Shown here in pieces: positions 1 through 12,220 of a DNA stretch of 64,000 nucleotides (positions are counted from its first letter, which is position 1; every line of letters starts with the position of its first letter). The position numbers and the translations under genes are program-made. Below the pieces are notes generated by a model that saw nothing but the letters and a program-made list of their open reading frames with translations, was not told the origin of the DNA and did not search any database. This DNA comes from Heterodontus francisci. Lineage: Eukaryota. The stretch is from NCBI RefSeq assembly GCF_036365525.1, contig NW_027141511.1, positions 744,001 to 808,000 on the forward strand, read 5' to 3'.

Positions 1-111
1 TACTCTCAGAAAAGTGATGTAAGGTTTCGTTGACAGTGCTATAAAGTGGTACTTGTTCAGCAAGAGCCTGCTCCCTGAGGCTCTTTTTGGATTTCGTCAA
101 GTCCACTCAGA

Positions 112-3100
112 GTTTTTATTTATTCATTCATGGGATGTGGGCGTCACTATTGATGTAAGCATTTATTGCCCATCCCTAATTGTCCTTGTGAAGGTGGTGC
201 TGAGCTTCCTTCTTGAACCGCTGAAGTCCATGTGAGGTAGGTACACCCACAGTGCTGTTAGGAAGGGAGTTCCAGGATTTTGACCCAGCGACACCGAAGG
301 AATGGTGATCCAGTTCCAAGTCAGGATGGTGTGTGACTTGGACGGGAACTTGCAGGTGGTGGTGTTCCCATGCATCTGCTGCGCTTGTCCTTCGAGGTGG
401 TAGAGGTCGTGGGTTTGGAAGGTGCTGTTTAAGGAGGCTTGGTGCATTCCTGCAGTACATCTCGTAGATGGTACACACTGTTGCCACTGTGCGTCGGTGG
501 TGGAGGGAGTGAATGTTTGTGGATGGTGGGCCAATCAAGCGGGCTGCTTTGTCCTGGATGGTGTCGAGCTTCTTGAGTGTTGTTGGAGCTGCACCCATCC
601 AGGCAAGTGGATAGCATTCCATCACACTCCTGACTTGTGCCTTGCAGACGGTGAGCATGATTTGGGGAGTCAGGAGGTGAGTTACTCGCCGCAGGACTTC
701 TAGCCTCTGACCTGCTGTTGCAGCCACGGTGTTTATATGGCTACTCCAGTTCAGTTTCTAGTCAATGGTAGCCCCTAGGATGTTGATATTAGGGTATTGA
801 GCGATCGTCTTGCCATTGAACGTCAAGGGGAGATGGTTAGATTCTCTCTTGTTGTAGATGGTCATTGCCTGGCACTTGTGTGGCACAAATGTTACTTGCC
901 ACTTATCAGCCGAAGCCTGGATATTGTCCAGGTCTTGCTCCATTTATACAGGGACTGCTTCAGTATCTGAGGAGTCACGGATGGTGCTGAACATTGTGCA
1001 ATCATCAGCGAACATCCCCACTTCTGACCTTATGATTGAAGGAAGGTCATTGATGAAGCAGCTGAAGATGGTTGTGCTAAGGGCACTACCCTGAGGAACT
1101 CCTGCAGTGATGTCCTGGAGCTCAGATGATTGACCTCCAATAACCTTTGCACTAGGTATGAATCCAACCAACAGAGATTTTTCCCGCTGATTCCGATTGA
1201 CTCCGGCTTTGCTAGGGCTCCTTGATGCCATACTCGGTCAGCTGCTGCCTTGATGTCAAGGGCAGTCACTCTCACCTCACTTCTTGAGTTCAGCTCATTT
1301 TTTCCATGTTTGAACCAAGGGTGCAATGAGGTCAGGAGCTGAGTGGCCCTGACGGAACCCAAACGGAGCGTCACTGAGCAGTTATTGCTAAGCAAGTACT
1401 GCTTGATGGCACTGTTGATGACGCTTTCCATCACATTACTGATGATTGAGAGTTGACTGATGGGGCGGTAATTGGCCGGGTTGAACTTGTCCTGCTTTTT
1501 GTGTACAGGACATACCTGGGCAATTTTCGAACTTGCCGGTTAGATGCCACAAATGTTAGGTAAATGTTGCAGCTATATTGGAACAGCTTGGCTAGGGGTG
1601 CAGCAAGTTCTGGAGCACAGGTCTTCAGTACTATTGCCAGAATGTTGTCAGGACCCATAGCAATTGCACTATCCAGTGCCTTAAGTCGTTTCTTGATATC
1701 ATGCAAAGTGAATCAAATTGCCTGAAGTCTGGTATCTGTGATGTTGGGGACTTCAGGAGGGGGCCGAAATTGATCATCAACACGGCACTTCTGGCTGAAC
1801 ATTGTTGAAAGTACTTCTGCCTTATCTTTTGCATGAAGTGCTGGGCTTCCCCAACAGTGAGGATGGGGATATTTGTGGAGCCGCCTCCTCCAGTTAGTTA
1901 ATAAAAGCAAAATACTGCGGATGCTGGAAATCTGAAATAAAAACAAGAAATGCTGGAACCACTCAGCAGGTCTGGTAGCATCTGTGGAAAGAGAAGCAGA
2001 GTTAACATTTCGGGTCAGTGACCCTTCTTCCGAACTCCAGTTAGTTGTTTAACTGTCCACTACCATTGACGACTGGATGTGGCAGGACTGCAGAGTTTAG
2101 ATCTAATCTGTTGGTTATGGGATCGCTTAGCACCATAGCATGCTGCTTATTCAGTTTGGCATGCAAGTAGTCCTGTGTTGTAGCTTCAACAGGTTGACAC
2201 CTCATTTTGAGGTGTGCCTGGTGCTGCTCCTGGCAGCCCTCCTGCACTCTTCATTGAACCAGGGTTGGTCTCTTGGCTTGATGGTAATGGAATAGTGGGG
2301 GATATGCCGGGCCATGAGGTTACAGATTGTGGTAGAGTGCAATTCTGCTGCTGCTGATGGCCCACAACGCCTCATGGATACCCAGGTTTGCATTGCTGGA
2401 TCTGTTCGAAATCTATCCCATTTAGTACGGTGATAGTGCCACACAACTCGATGGACGGTATCCTCAACGTGAAGGTGGGACTTCGATCCACAAGGACTGT
2501 GTGGTGGTCAATCCTAGCAATACTGTCATGGACAGAAGCATCTGTGGCTAGCAGTTTGGTGAGGACGAGATCAGGTTTGTTTTTCCCTCGTGTTGATTCC
2601 CTCACCACCTGCCGCAGACCCAGTCCTCCAGCTATGTCCTTTAGCACTCGGCCTGCTTGGTCAGTCGTGGTGCTACCGAGCTACTCTTGGTGATGGACAT
2701 TGAATGCCCCCACCCAGAGTACATTTTGTACTCTTGCCACCCTCAGTGCTTACTCCAAGTGGTGTTCAGCATGGCGGAGTACTGAGTCATCAGCTGTCGG
2801 AGTGCGGTAGGTGGTAATCAGCGGGAGGTTACCTTGTCCATGTTTCACCTGATGCCATGAAACTTCATGGGGTCCAGAGTCGATGTTGAAGACTCCCAGG
2901 GCAACTCCCTACCTACTGTAGACCATTGTCCCGCCACCTCTTCTGGGTCTGTCCTTCCGGTGGAACAGGACAAACCCAGGGATAGTGATTGCAGTGTCTG
3001 GGACATTGTCTGTAAGGTGTAATTCTGTGAGTATGACTATGTCAGGCTGTTGCTTGGCTAGTCTGTGGGACAGCACTCCCAACTTTGGCACAAGCCCCCA

Positions 3101-3550
3101 AATTGGTAAGGAGGACTTGACAGGGTCGACAGTGCTGGGTTTGCCATTGTCATTTCCGGTGCCTAGGTCGATGCCGGTTGGTCCGTCCTGTTTCATTCCT
3201 TTTTATTGACTTCATAGTGGTTAGTACAACTGAGTGTCTTGCTAGGCCATTTCAGAGGGTATGTAAGTGTTAACCACATTGCTGTGGGTCTGGAGTCACA
3301 TGTCGGCAAACCCAGGTCAGGACAGCAGATTTCCTTCCCTAAAGGACATTAGTGAACCAGATCGGTTTTCCCAACAATTGGCAATAGTTTCATGGCCATC
3401 ATTAGACCAGCTTTTTTAAAATTCCAGATTTATTAATTAAGTTCAAATTACACCTTCTGCTGTGCTGGGATTCGAACCCATGTCTCCAGATCGATACCCT
3501 GGGTCTCTGGGTTACCAGTCCAGTGATAATACCGCTAAGCCACCTACTCC
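112..3550 (-). mobile_element. Near full-length, degenerate single-ORF LINE (CR1/L2-related group; APE endonuclease + RT) with a tRNA-derived 5' head; copy A
   Basis: Frameshifted minus-strand ORFs run from endonuclease (QQPDIVILTE 2909-3196; DLVLT..DHHTV 2372-2647) through RT (ALDIKAAADRVWH; GVPQGSALS; MFADDC) to the C-terminus (176-727). The 3' tail is near 112-190. At the 5' end, minus-strand A box TGGCTTAGCGG (3532-3542) and B box GGTTCGAATCC (3468-3478). Confidence 0.9.
1900..2034 (-). mobile_element. Penelope-like terminal-repeat fragment inserted in LINE copy A
   Basis: Exact 12-bp TSD CTCCAGTTAGTT at 1888-1899 and 2035-2046. Same sequence family as 9066-9671, 25906-26153 and 35941-36078. 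Carries a degenerate hammerhead core on the minus strand. Confidence 0.75.
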
Positions 3551-4690
3551 TCTGTTGACCTCAATGCAGCTTTAACCCATGGGAAAAAAGAGCTGAAATC
3601 AAGAGGTGAGGTGAGAGTGATTGCTCTTGAATTCAAGACAGCATTTGACCGAGTGTGGCATCCAGGAACCCTGGCCAAATTGAAGTCAATGAGTATCAGT
3701 GGTGGAGGGGATGGGGGCGGGGGGGGGGGGGAGGCATGGGGGTGTACTCGCAACTGGTTGGAGCCATACTTACAAAGATCGTTGTGGTTGTTGGAGTCAA
3801 TCATCTCATTTCCCGGACGTCACTGCAGGAGTCCCTCAGGGTATTGTCCAAGCCCCACCTTTCTCAGCTGCTTCCTCAATGACCTTCCCACCATCACATT
3901 GTCAGAAGTCAGGAGGTTCGCTGATTGCACAATGTTCAGCACCATTCGCAACTCCTCAGATACTGAAGCAATCGGTGTCCATATGCAGCAAGGCTTGGAT
4001 AGTAGTCCGGCTTGGGCTGATGAGTGGCCAGTAAACTTCGAGCCATGCAAGTGCCAGTCAATGACCAACACCAGCAAGAGAGAATCCGATCATCTCCTTT
4101 GACATTAATGGGCATTACTATTGCTGAATATTCTTTCCGAACATCCTCGGGTTACCATTGAGCAGAAACAGAAATGGACCAGGCATGTACGTATTCTGGC
4201 TACAAGAGCTAATCAGAGGCTGGGAATTCTGCGGCGAGTAACTCATCTTCTGACTCCCTAAATCCTGTCCACCATCTACAAGGCACATGGTTGGACTTTG
4301 ATGGAATACTTTCCAGTTGCTTGGACAAATGCAGGTCCAATAACACCAGAAGTTGAACACCATCCAGGACAAAGCAGCTGGTTTGACTGAAATCCTATCT
4401 ACCATCAACATTCATTCCCTTTGCCACCGATGCACAAAGGCAGCAGTGGAAATAACACCACCTGCAAGTTCCACTCGAAGACACAAACCACTCTGACTTA
4501 GAACTATGTCACTGTTCCTTCGCTGTCGCTGGGTCAAAATCCTGGAACTCCCTTCCTAGCAGCACTGTAGCTTTACCTACACCACATGGACAGGAGCTGT
4601 TCAAGAAGGTGGCTCACCACCAATGGCAATTAGGGATGGGCAGTAAATATTTGCCTAGCCAGCGACACCCACATCCCGTGAAAGAATAAG
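3551..4690 (+). mobile_element. 5'-truncated 3' part of the same LINE family, back-to-back with copy A
   Basis: RT motif fragments (ALEFKTAFDRVWH; GVPQG; FADC) and the family 3' tail GGCAATTAGGGATGGGCAGTAAAT...CCCACATCCCGTGAAAGAATAA near 4625-4690. Confidence 0.85.
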
Positions 4691-5039
4691 AAAACTGTGC
4701 AACGCTGCACCACGTTGTCTGCGATTAGCAAGCTCAGCACAGGACAGATGGAATGTAATCCCTTCCTGCTCTGTGCCGAGCTCCCTGCTATACTGGGTGA
4801 GGTCAAACATCACGTCACAGACCATGGGCATATTTTGGCCCTTTTCTGTGGAGGTTGGAGCTTGTTATGTGCCTCGTTATCAGTCCAGCTAAGAAGAACT
4901 AGCACGACAGGGCAGGGATGGATACTGGGCATTTTCTTCGAAGTGTGTGTGGCCCAGTCGCAAATGCGACTGGAATGAAGCTGAGGTCGTTGCTGTTCCG
5001 TGTGAAGCTAAAAACCACAACGCAGATGATAGGAGTGCT

Positions 5040-7690
5040 TTCTGAGGGAATGAGATGGTTCAACAGGGTCAAGTGTCAGTAGGGAAATATTTAGGAGAAA
5101 GTGATCATAGTATCATCAGGTTCAGGTTCGCTATGGAAAAGGGCAGGGAGCAACCCAGCGTAAAAATGAGCCGGAGGACCAGTTTTAATGCGGTGAGAAT
5201 GCACCTGGCCCAGATAAATTGGAATAAAAGATTGGTAGCAAAATCGTAATGGAAGAATGAGCTGTCTATAAAAAGGAGATGGTTCCCATCCATGAGGTGG
5301 AATGGGAGGACCAACAAAGCCAGAGCTCTCTGGATGATGAAAGGGATAGAGGTTCAGATAAGGCATTTGAAGTGTAGGTCTGGTGCGTATGATAGATGCC
5401 AGGGGGATAATACAAGTGAGATGTAGGCTGAATATAGGAAGTTCAGTGAGGAGTTGAGAAAAGTCATAAGAGAAACAAAGAGAGAGTATGAGAAGTGTCT
5501 GGAAGCTGACATAAAAGGAAATCAAAGGTTTTCTATAGGCATATAAGTCGTAATGTGGTAATAAAAAGAGGAGTAGGAATGATTAGGCACCAAAAAGGGA
5601 TTTGTGCATGGAGGTAGAGGGCATGCCTGAGGTACTGAACCAGTACCTTGTATTCGTCTTTACCAAGGTAGACGATGCTGCCAAAGTCATAGTGAAGTAG
5701 AAGATTATTGAGACACTGGATGGGCTAAAATTTGATGAAAAGGACGTATCAGAAAGATTGACTACACTTGAAGTAGATATGTCATCAAGCCCAGATGAGA
5801 TGCATTCGAAGATACTTACAGAAGTCAGGGTGGAAATTATGGAGGCACTGACCAACAATCCACTTTGGATACAGGAGCACTGTCAGTGGAATGGAGAATT
5901 GTAAATTCCACACCCTAGTTCAGAACAGGCTGCAATGGTAAGCTCAGCAACTACAGGTCAGCCAGTTTAACATCAGTGATGGGATATCTTTTAGAAACGA
6001 TGATCTGGGTCAAGATTAACAGCAACTTGGACAAATTTGGATTAATTAAGGAAACCAACATGGATTCCGTATGGGCACATCACATTTAACTGACTTGATT
6101 GAGTTTCTCGATTAGGTAACAGAGAGTATCCAGGAGGATTATTGTGGTTAATGTAGTTTACGTGAACTTCCAAAAAAGGCTTTGATAAATGTCCACTTAA
6201 CAGGGTTGTCAGCAAAGTTAAAGCTCATGGAATAAAAGGTAGCATGGTTATGAAGCTGGCTGAGTGACAGGAAACAGAGAGTAATGGTGAACATTGCTCC
6301 TTGTACAGAAGGAAGGTATACAGTGGGATTCCCCAGGGATCAGTATTAGGGCCACTGCTCTTTGTATTCACTAAAAATGACCGAGACTCGGTGTGCAGGG
6401 TACACTTTCAAAACTTACAGACAACACAAAACTTGAAAGTGTTGTGAACTGTGTGGAGGATAGTCACAGACTTCAACAGGACATAGTTGAAGGAATGGGC
6501 AGATGGAATGTACTGCAGAGAAATGTGAATGGATACATTTTTGTGAAAGAATGTTGAAAGGCAATATAAAATAAAGGATATAATTCTAAAGGATGCGGAG
6601 AAGCATAGGGTCCTGGGGGAAAATGCACACATCCTTGACGGTGGCAGGGCAGAATGAGAATGTGACTAAGAAGGCATGCGGTATCCTGTGCAGTATAAAT
6701 AGAGGCATGGTGTACAAAAGCAAGGAAATTACGGTAAAGATTTGCCAAGCACTGATTTGGCCTCACCTTGAATATTGTGTACAATTTTGGGCACCACACT
6801 TCAGGATGGTTGAGAAGTTATTGGAGTGAATGCAGAAAAGTTTCACCAGAATGGTTCCAGGGATGAGTTACATGGATACATTGGAGAAGCTGGGGCTGTT
6901 CTCCTTAGAAAATATAAGGTTGAGTGTAGATTTGATGGAGGTGTTCAAAATCATGAGAGGTCTGGACAGAATAGATAGGGAGAAACTGCTTCAGGTGACA
7001 GAAGGGTCAAGAACGATAGGCACCAATTTATGCAATGGCAAAAGAACCAAAGGTGACATGGTTTTGTTTTCTAAAGGTGGAAATGGAATATAGTGTAAAG
7101 AAATATGAAAATATCCTCTTCAATGGGAAGAATCAAAACGCAGGATATTATTTAAATGTTAAAATTAACAAACATTGATATTCAGAGGGATTCGGTGTTC
7201 TTCTATACAAATCCCAGGAAAATAACATGCGGGAACAGCAAACAATTAGGAAAGCAAATGGTTTTTTGGCATTTATTGTAACATATTTGTAGGATAAGAG
7301 CCTGAAAGTCTTGGTACAATTATACATGGCTTTGATGAGATCACATCTGGGGTACTGTCTCCAGTTTTGGCCTCCGTAGTTAAGGATGTACTTGCCTCAG
7401 CTATGGTGGAATAAAGATTCACTGGATTGCTGCCTGGGATAAGACAGCTGCACTAACAGGAGGGATTGACTGGAACATCCCATTTGTTCTGTGCTTGAGA
7501 ATGGATGCTTAGTTGTTGAGTATATTCAAGACCGAGATCGATATGTTTTGGGGGCACGAACAGAATAAAGGAATACTGTGATCAGGCATGACAATGGAGT
7601 TGAGAAAAATGATCTGTCATGGACTTATTGAATGGTGGAGCATATTCGATTGTTCACAAGACCTAATCCTGCTTCTTTTGTTCTTAAGTT
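5040..7690 (+). mobile_element. Degenerate CR1 LINE ORF2 fragments (at least two pieces)
   Basis: LGESDHSIIRF, GIPQGSVLGP-type DNA at about 6325-6360, PHLEYCVQFWAPH (6593-6829), LGLFSLE; many stops and frameshifts. Confidence 0.85.
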
Positions 7691-7727
7691 CAAAATTAAA
7701 TTGTTATTTTAGCAAGTCCTTCTTTCC

Positions 7728-8635
7728 TCAGCAAAACATAAATGCTGAGCGAATCTGATTGATTGGATATGTCACCATTTTCTTTAATTCTTCTCTGAAT
7801 TTTGCCTGGGTCACTGCATAAATAAAGGTGTTCGTGCAGCAACTCAAAAGTAAGAGCATATATCCGGTCTCTTGAAAGATATAAACAGGATCTTCATAAC
7901 CTGTGTGTGAATACCTGTTAGTAATTCGGTAATACATATAATGTGTCGTGTGCGTCAGCCACAACAGTATAAAATTGGTGGATATACTGAAGAGTAAAAT
8001 TACAGATTTCTTCCTGTTCTCCATCTCAGGATCAGCATTATTTGCAGAGCTGGTGTTGCCTCGCAGTGCCCTCCGGGCTCTGTTGGCCACTAAAATATAC
8101 CTTACTGTCAAAATATTGAGAAGCAAAATAATGGCAAATGGTAGAAAAGGAACCGTTATGGAGCTGAAATAAGAAAATGATTGCCATAGGGGTGAGGTAT
8201 AAAAGACAGACCTGATCCGACAATACCAGGGCAATCCATTATTTATGTACAGAGGCTCATATACAAAGTATCAGGGGATGTTATCTAAACAGCTCAGAAC
8301 AAGCACCATGCCTATAATTGCAGCTGCAGTTTCCTTAGTGCAATATTTTATTTTGAGTTTCTGGAAACAAATGGCTATAAAGCGGTCAAAGGTGAATGCG
8401 ACAGTGAACCAGACGGAAATATCTCTGGTTATGTAAACTAGGACGGTCTTTGCCCGACATACTGGTGTAAGCAACAGATAATTTCCAGCAAAGGAAATGG
8501 CAATGATCCGATTTAGTATGACACTTGTGATAGCTACCAGCAGATCCGCCGCTGCCATAGCCACCAGGTAGTAGATGGTACAGTTGGAGAGACCGCACTT
8601 TCCCCGGACCAGGATCACAATTGCCACGAGATTAA
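7728..8635 (-). pseudogene. GPR139/GPR142-like class A GPCR paralogue 1, coding exon 2 (end of TM1 to C-terminus), with one premature TGA
   Basis: Acceptor AG at 8636-8637. The exon is 908 nt, the same length as in paralogue 2. Motifs MAAADLLV, FTFDRFIAIC, SCCTNTFIY. ORFs 8271-8705 and 7728-8234 share a frame and are separated only by TGA at 8271-8273, where paralogue 2 has TGG (NIPW). Confidence 0.88.
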
Positions 8636-9065
8636 CTGAATGGAACAGTAGAAAAGAAAATGTGTTATTGGCGTACATTAATGCAAAGAACCAGAGTTTG
8701 TCCACATCAGAAATCCAGCTAGACCTTCAATTTCCACTCATGTAAAATGGTGATAGGGAGTTACCAGTTTTTTTAAAATATATATTTCTCTCTACATTAT
8801 AGACAAGAGGAATAAACATCAGAAGCGGTGTAAAACCATTGACGTCTCATTATCCCTCATTGTTCACTATCACACAATTTCTACATCTGTCCTGTGCTAC
8901 TTCATCCCGCAAGGAAGCACTTTTTTGAGTATATCATATGGAATACATATTTCAAATTATGACTTTTAGAACTCAAATACAAATTTAGAGTGTCTGGGTT
9001 TAAGTAGCATGATATTTCGAAGTCATAACAGGAAGCCATTCGAACCAGGCAATGACATATGGGTT

Positions 9066-9671
9066 ACAAGAAATGCTGGAAATACTCAGCAGGTCTGGAA
9101 GCATCTGAGGACGGAGAAACAGAGTTAACGTTTCAGGTCAGTGACCCTTCATCATAACTGGCAAAGGTTAGAAATGTAATAAGGTTTTAGCAAATAAAGG
9201 GGGTGGGGTGGGCCAAAAGATAACAAAAGGCAAGGTGTTGATAGGACAGCGTCACAGAGAGTAACTGACCAGTAGGTCATGGAGCAAAGGCAAACGGTAT
9301 GTTAATGGTGTGTTGAAAGACGAACCTTAGTGCAGTTTTCTGTCCATTAACACCCTCTCTGCACTAATGCTTTGTCTTTCAACACAGCAATAACCTACCG
9401 TTTGTCTTTGCTGCATGACCTTCTGGTCAGTTATTCTCTGTGACAGTGTCTTATCAAAACCCTGCCTTCTGTTATCTCTTACCCCACCTCCGCTTTACTT
9501 GCTGAAACCATATTACATTTCTAACATTTGCCAGTTCGGATGAAAGGTCACTGACATGAAATATTAACTTTGCTTCTCCCCCCACAGATGCTGCCAGACC
9601 TGCTGCGTATTTCCAGCATTTCTTATTTTGATTTCAGATATCCGGAATCGGCAGTATTTTGCTTTTATTTT
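9066..9671. mobile_element. Penelope-like inverted terminal-repeat pair (about 600-bp hairpin) in the GPCR paralogue 1 intron
   Basis: Arm 9066-9335 is the reverse complement of most of arm 9359-9671, with a loop of about 23 nt. Absent at the paralogous intron site (about 21245-21265). Hammerhead-like cores in both arms. Confidence 0.8.
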
Positions 9672-9887
9672 AATGACAATTGCATATTGCAAATGGACTA
9701 GATTAATTTTAAAACAAAATAAAAACAAGTAATGAATTTTAAATTGAATGGCACAAATTTAGTTAGAAAAAATAATTTTTAATTAAGGAATAATTTCAAC
9801 AACAATTAAGAATCAAGCATTTAATTCAATCAAGTATAAAACTCAACTCAGTAGAAAGCGAGCTTCAGATTAACACTTAAAATAATA

Positions 9888-11166
9888 AGAACAAACAAAG
9901 AACAAAGAACAGTGCAGCACAGGAAAAGGCCATTCGGCCCTCCAAGCCTGCGCTGATCTTGATGCCTGCCGAAACGAACACCTTCTGCACTTCCGGGGCC
10001 CATATCCGTCTATTCCCTTCCTATTCATATATTTGTTAAGATGTCTCTTAAACGTCGCTATCGTATCTGCTTCCACCACCATCCCTGGCAGCAAGTTCCA
10101 GGCACACACCACCCTCTGTGCAAAAAACTTGCCTCGCACATCCCCTCTAAACTTTGCCCCTCTCAGCTTAAACCTATGTCCCCTAGTAACTGACTCTTCC
10201 TCCCTGGGAAAAAGCTCCTGACTATCCACTCTGTGCATGCCGCTCATAACTTTGTAAACCTCTATCATGTCGCCCCTCCACCTCTGTCGTTCCAGTGAAA
10301 ACATCCGAGTTTTCCCAACCTCTCCTTATAGCTAATGCCCTCCAGACCAGGCAACATCCTTGTAAACCTCCTCTGTACCCTCTCCACGTCCTTCTGGTAG
10401 TGTGGCGACCAGAATTGCACGCAATATTCTAAGTGTGGCTTAACTAAGGTTCTGTGCAGCTGCAACATGACTTGCCAATTTTTATACTCTATGCCCCGAC
10501 CGATGTAGGCAAGCATGCCGTATGCCTTCTTGACTACCTTATCCAACTGCGTTGCCACTTTCAGTGGCCTGTGGACCTGTACGCCCAGATCTCTCTGTCT
10601 GTCAATGCTCCTATTGGTTCTGCCATTTGCTGTATACCTCCCACCTGCATTAGACCTTCCAAAATGCATTACCTCACATTTGTCTGGATTAAACTCCATC
10701 TGCCATTTCTCCGCCCATGTCTCCAACCGATCTATATCCTGCTGTATCCTCTGACAATCCTCATCATTAACCGCAACTCCACCAACCTTTGTGTCATCCT
10801 CAAACTTACTAATCAGACCAGCTACATTTGCCTCCAAATCATTTATCCATACTACAAACAGCAAAGGTCCCAGCACTGATCCCTGCGGAACACCACCAGT
10901 CACATCCCTCCATTCATAAAAACACACATCCACTGTTACCCTCTGTCTTCTGTGACTCAGCCAGTTCTGTATCCATCTTGCCAGCTCACCTCTGATCCCA
11001 TGTGACTTCACCTTTTGCACCAGTCTGCCATGTGGGACCTTGTCAAAAGCTTTACTAAAGTCCATATAGACAACATTCACCGCCCTTCCCTCATCAATCA
11101 TCTTCTTCACTTCCTCAAATTAGTAAGACACGACCTCCCCTTCACAAAAACATGCTGTCTCTCACT
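9888..11166 (-). mobile_element. 5'-truncated, relatively young CR1 (HER1-like) LINE
   Basis: 281-aa ORF with YMDFSKAFDKVPH, GVPQGSVLGPLLF, KFEDDTK, PHLEYCVQFWSP. The 3' tail reads GAACAAA repeats on the plus strand. Absent at the paralogous site near 21460. Confidence 0.93.
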
Positions 11167-11359
11167 AATAAATATTGAAACTGGAACTGTCCAGTAAAAG
11201 CATGAAATGTCATGCAGAACAGACAATTGGCTTCCCCACTAAAGCATGGGACCCTTCGTGTGGCAGAATGCAAAAAACGATTGAGTTCGTATTGTTCATT
11301 CAGAAAGGTTATAGAAACATCAGATAAGGCATAAATACATTGTTGGAAGGAGGAAAGTT

Positions 11360-11620
11360 GACACCCCGTCCACAAGCCTCTAATTTTGAATTCTAATCTC
11401 CGTGTTCAGAGCTCTTCATGTCTACTCCCATCTCGAACTCAGCAATCTACTCCAGTCCAACACGACTTTGAGGAACTTACCTTCGACCAATTCTGACCCC
11501 TTGTCCATCAGCACATCATTAGTAGCAGTGCATTTCAGGCACTTAGGCCCTGGGCCATGGAACCCTCTACCGATACATTTCCGTTTTTCCCTGAAACATA
11601 TTGATGGTTCTCAAAAGATA
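11360..11620 (+). mobile_element. Old L2 LINE 3' fragment, duplicated with 22070-22600
   Basis: Aligns by eye to 22470-22600 (CCCCGTCCAC...CTCAGCAATCTACT...GAGGAA). Confidence 0.55.
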
Positions 11621-11984
11621 TCATGTGTTTTGTTCCTCACCTATTTTTCCTTCTTTTCTTCATTGTCTACATTTCTCTGTATCTTTGAAGAAGGTGAATA
11701 CATTTTCCGAGTTAAAGTTGTATAATTGCATGTCGCTTTGTTGATTGTGTTAGATATTAATCTCTACCGACTTTGATCACTATTTTACTGGAAGAACAAA
11801 ACGTGTAATAGAACATTTGCTCATGGTTTCTCTAACATATCAGATAAAGGAACTTAAGAACAACGTATTTAATTTTGGTAATCTACTATGTTACAGCTCA
11901 ATGTTAAAATCCCTTGCTTAACAATAACTGCATATCTATTTAATTCAGGTGATATTCATTTCATTATTAAGTGAAATAATCAAG

Positions 11985-12220
11985 TTAACTGTGTGATGAA
12001 TTCTCTGGAATCCTCTGCCTCAGAGTGTAGTGGAGGCTAGTTCACTAAATGTATTTAAGGAGGAGATAGATAGATTTCTGAAATCGTGCAATGTTGAGGG
12101 TTTTGCGGAGCAGGCCCAAAAGAGGAGTTGAGCCCTGGGACAGATCAGCCATGATCTTATTGAATGGCGGGGCAGGCTTGAGGGGCTGAATGGTCTATTC
12201 CTGCTCCTATTTCTTATGAA
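11985..12220 (+). mobile_element. CR1 3'-end fragment
   Basis: TGGAATCCTCTGCCTCAGAGTGTAGTGGAGGC...GATCAGCCATGATCTTATTGAATGGCGG...CCTGCTCCTATTTCTTATG, a typical CR1 3' end. Absent at the paralogous site. Confidence 0.8.

Noticed and set aside
3460-3550. Genuine tRNA gene (A and B boxes present)
   Set aside because: It is the repeated head of a retroelement family with many diverged copies; no convincing cloverleaf.
112-4690. Copy A and the adjacent plus-strand fragment as one twin-primed or inverted insertion
   Set aside because: Both pieces contain the same 3' region, are visibly diverged from each other, and share no TSD; two independent insertions are simpler.
8271-8273. Selenocysteine recoding of the in-frame TGA
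   Set aside because: The paralogous residue is Trp, not Cys, and I saw no SECIS-like element; the downstream sequence is CR1-derived.
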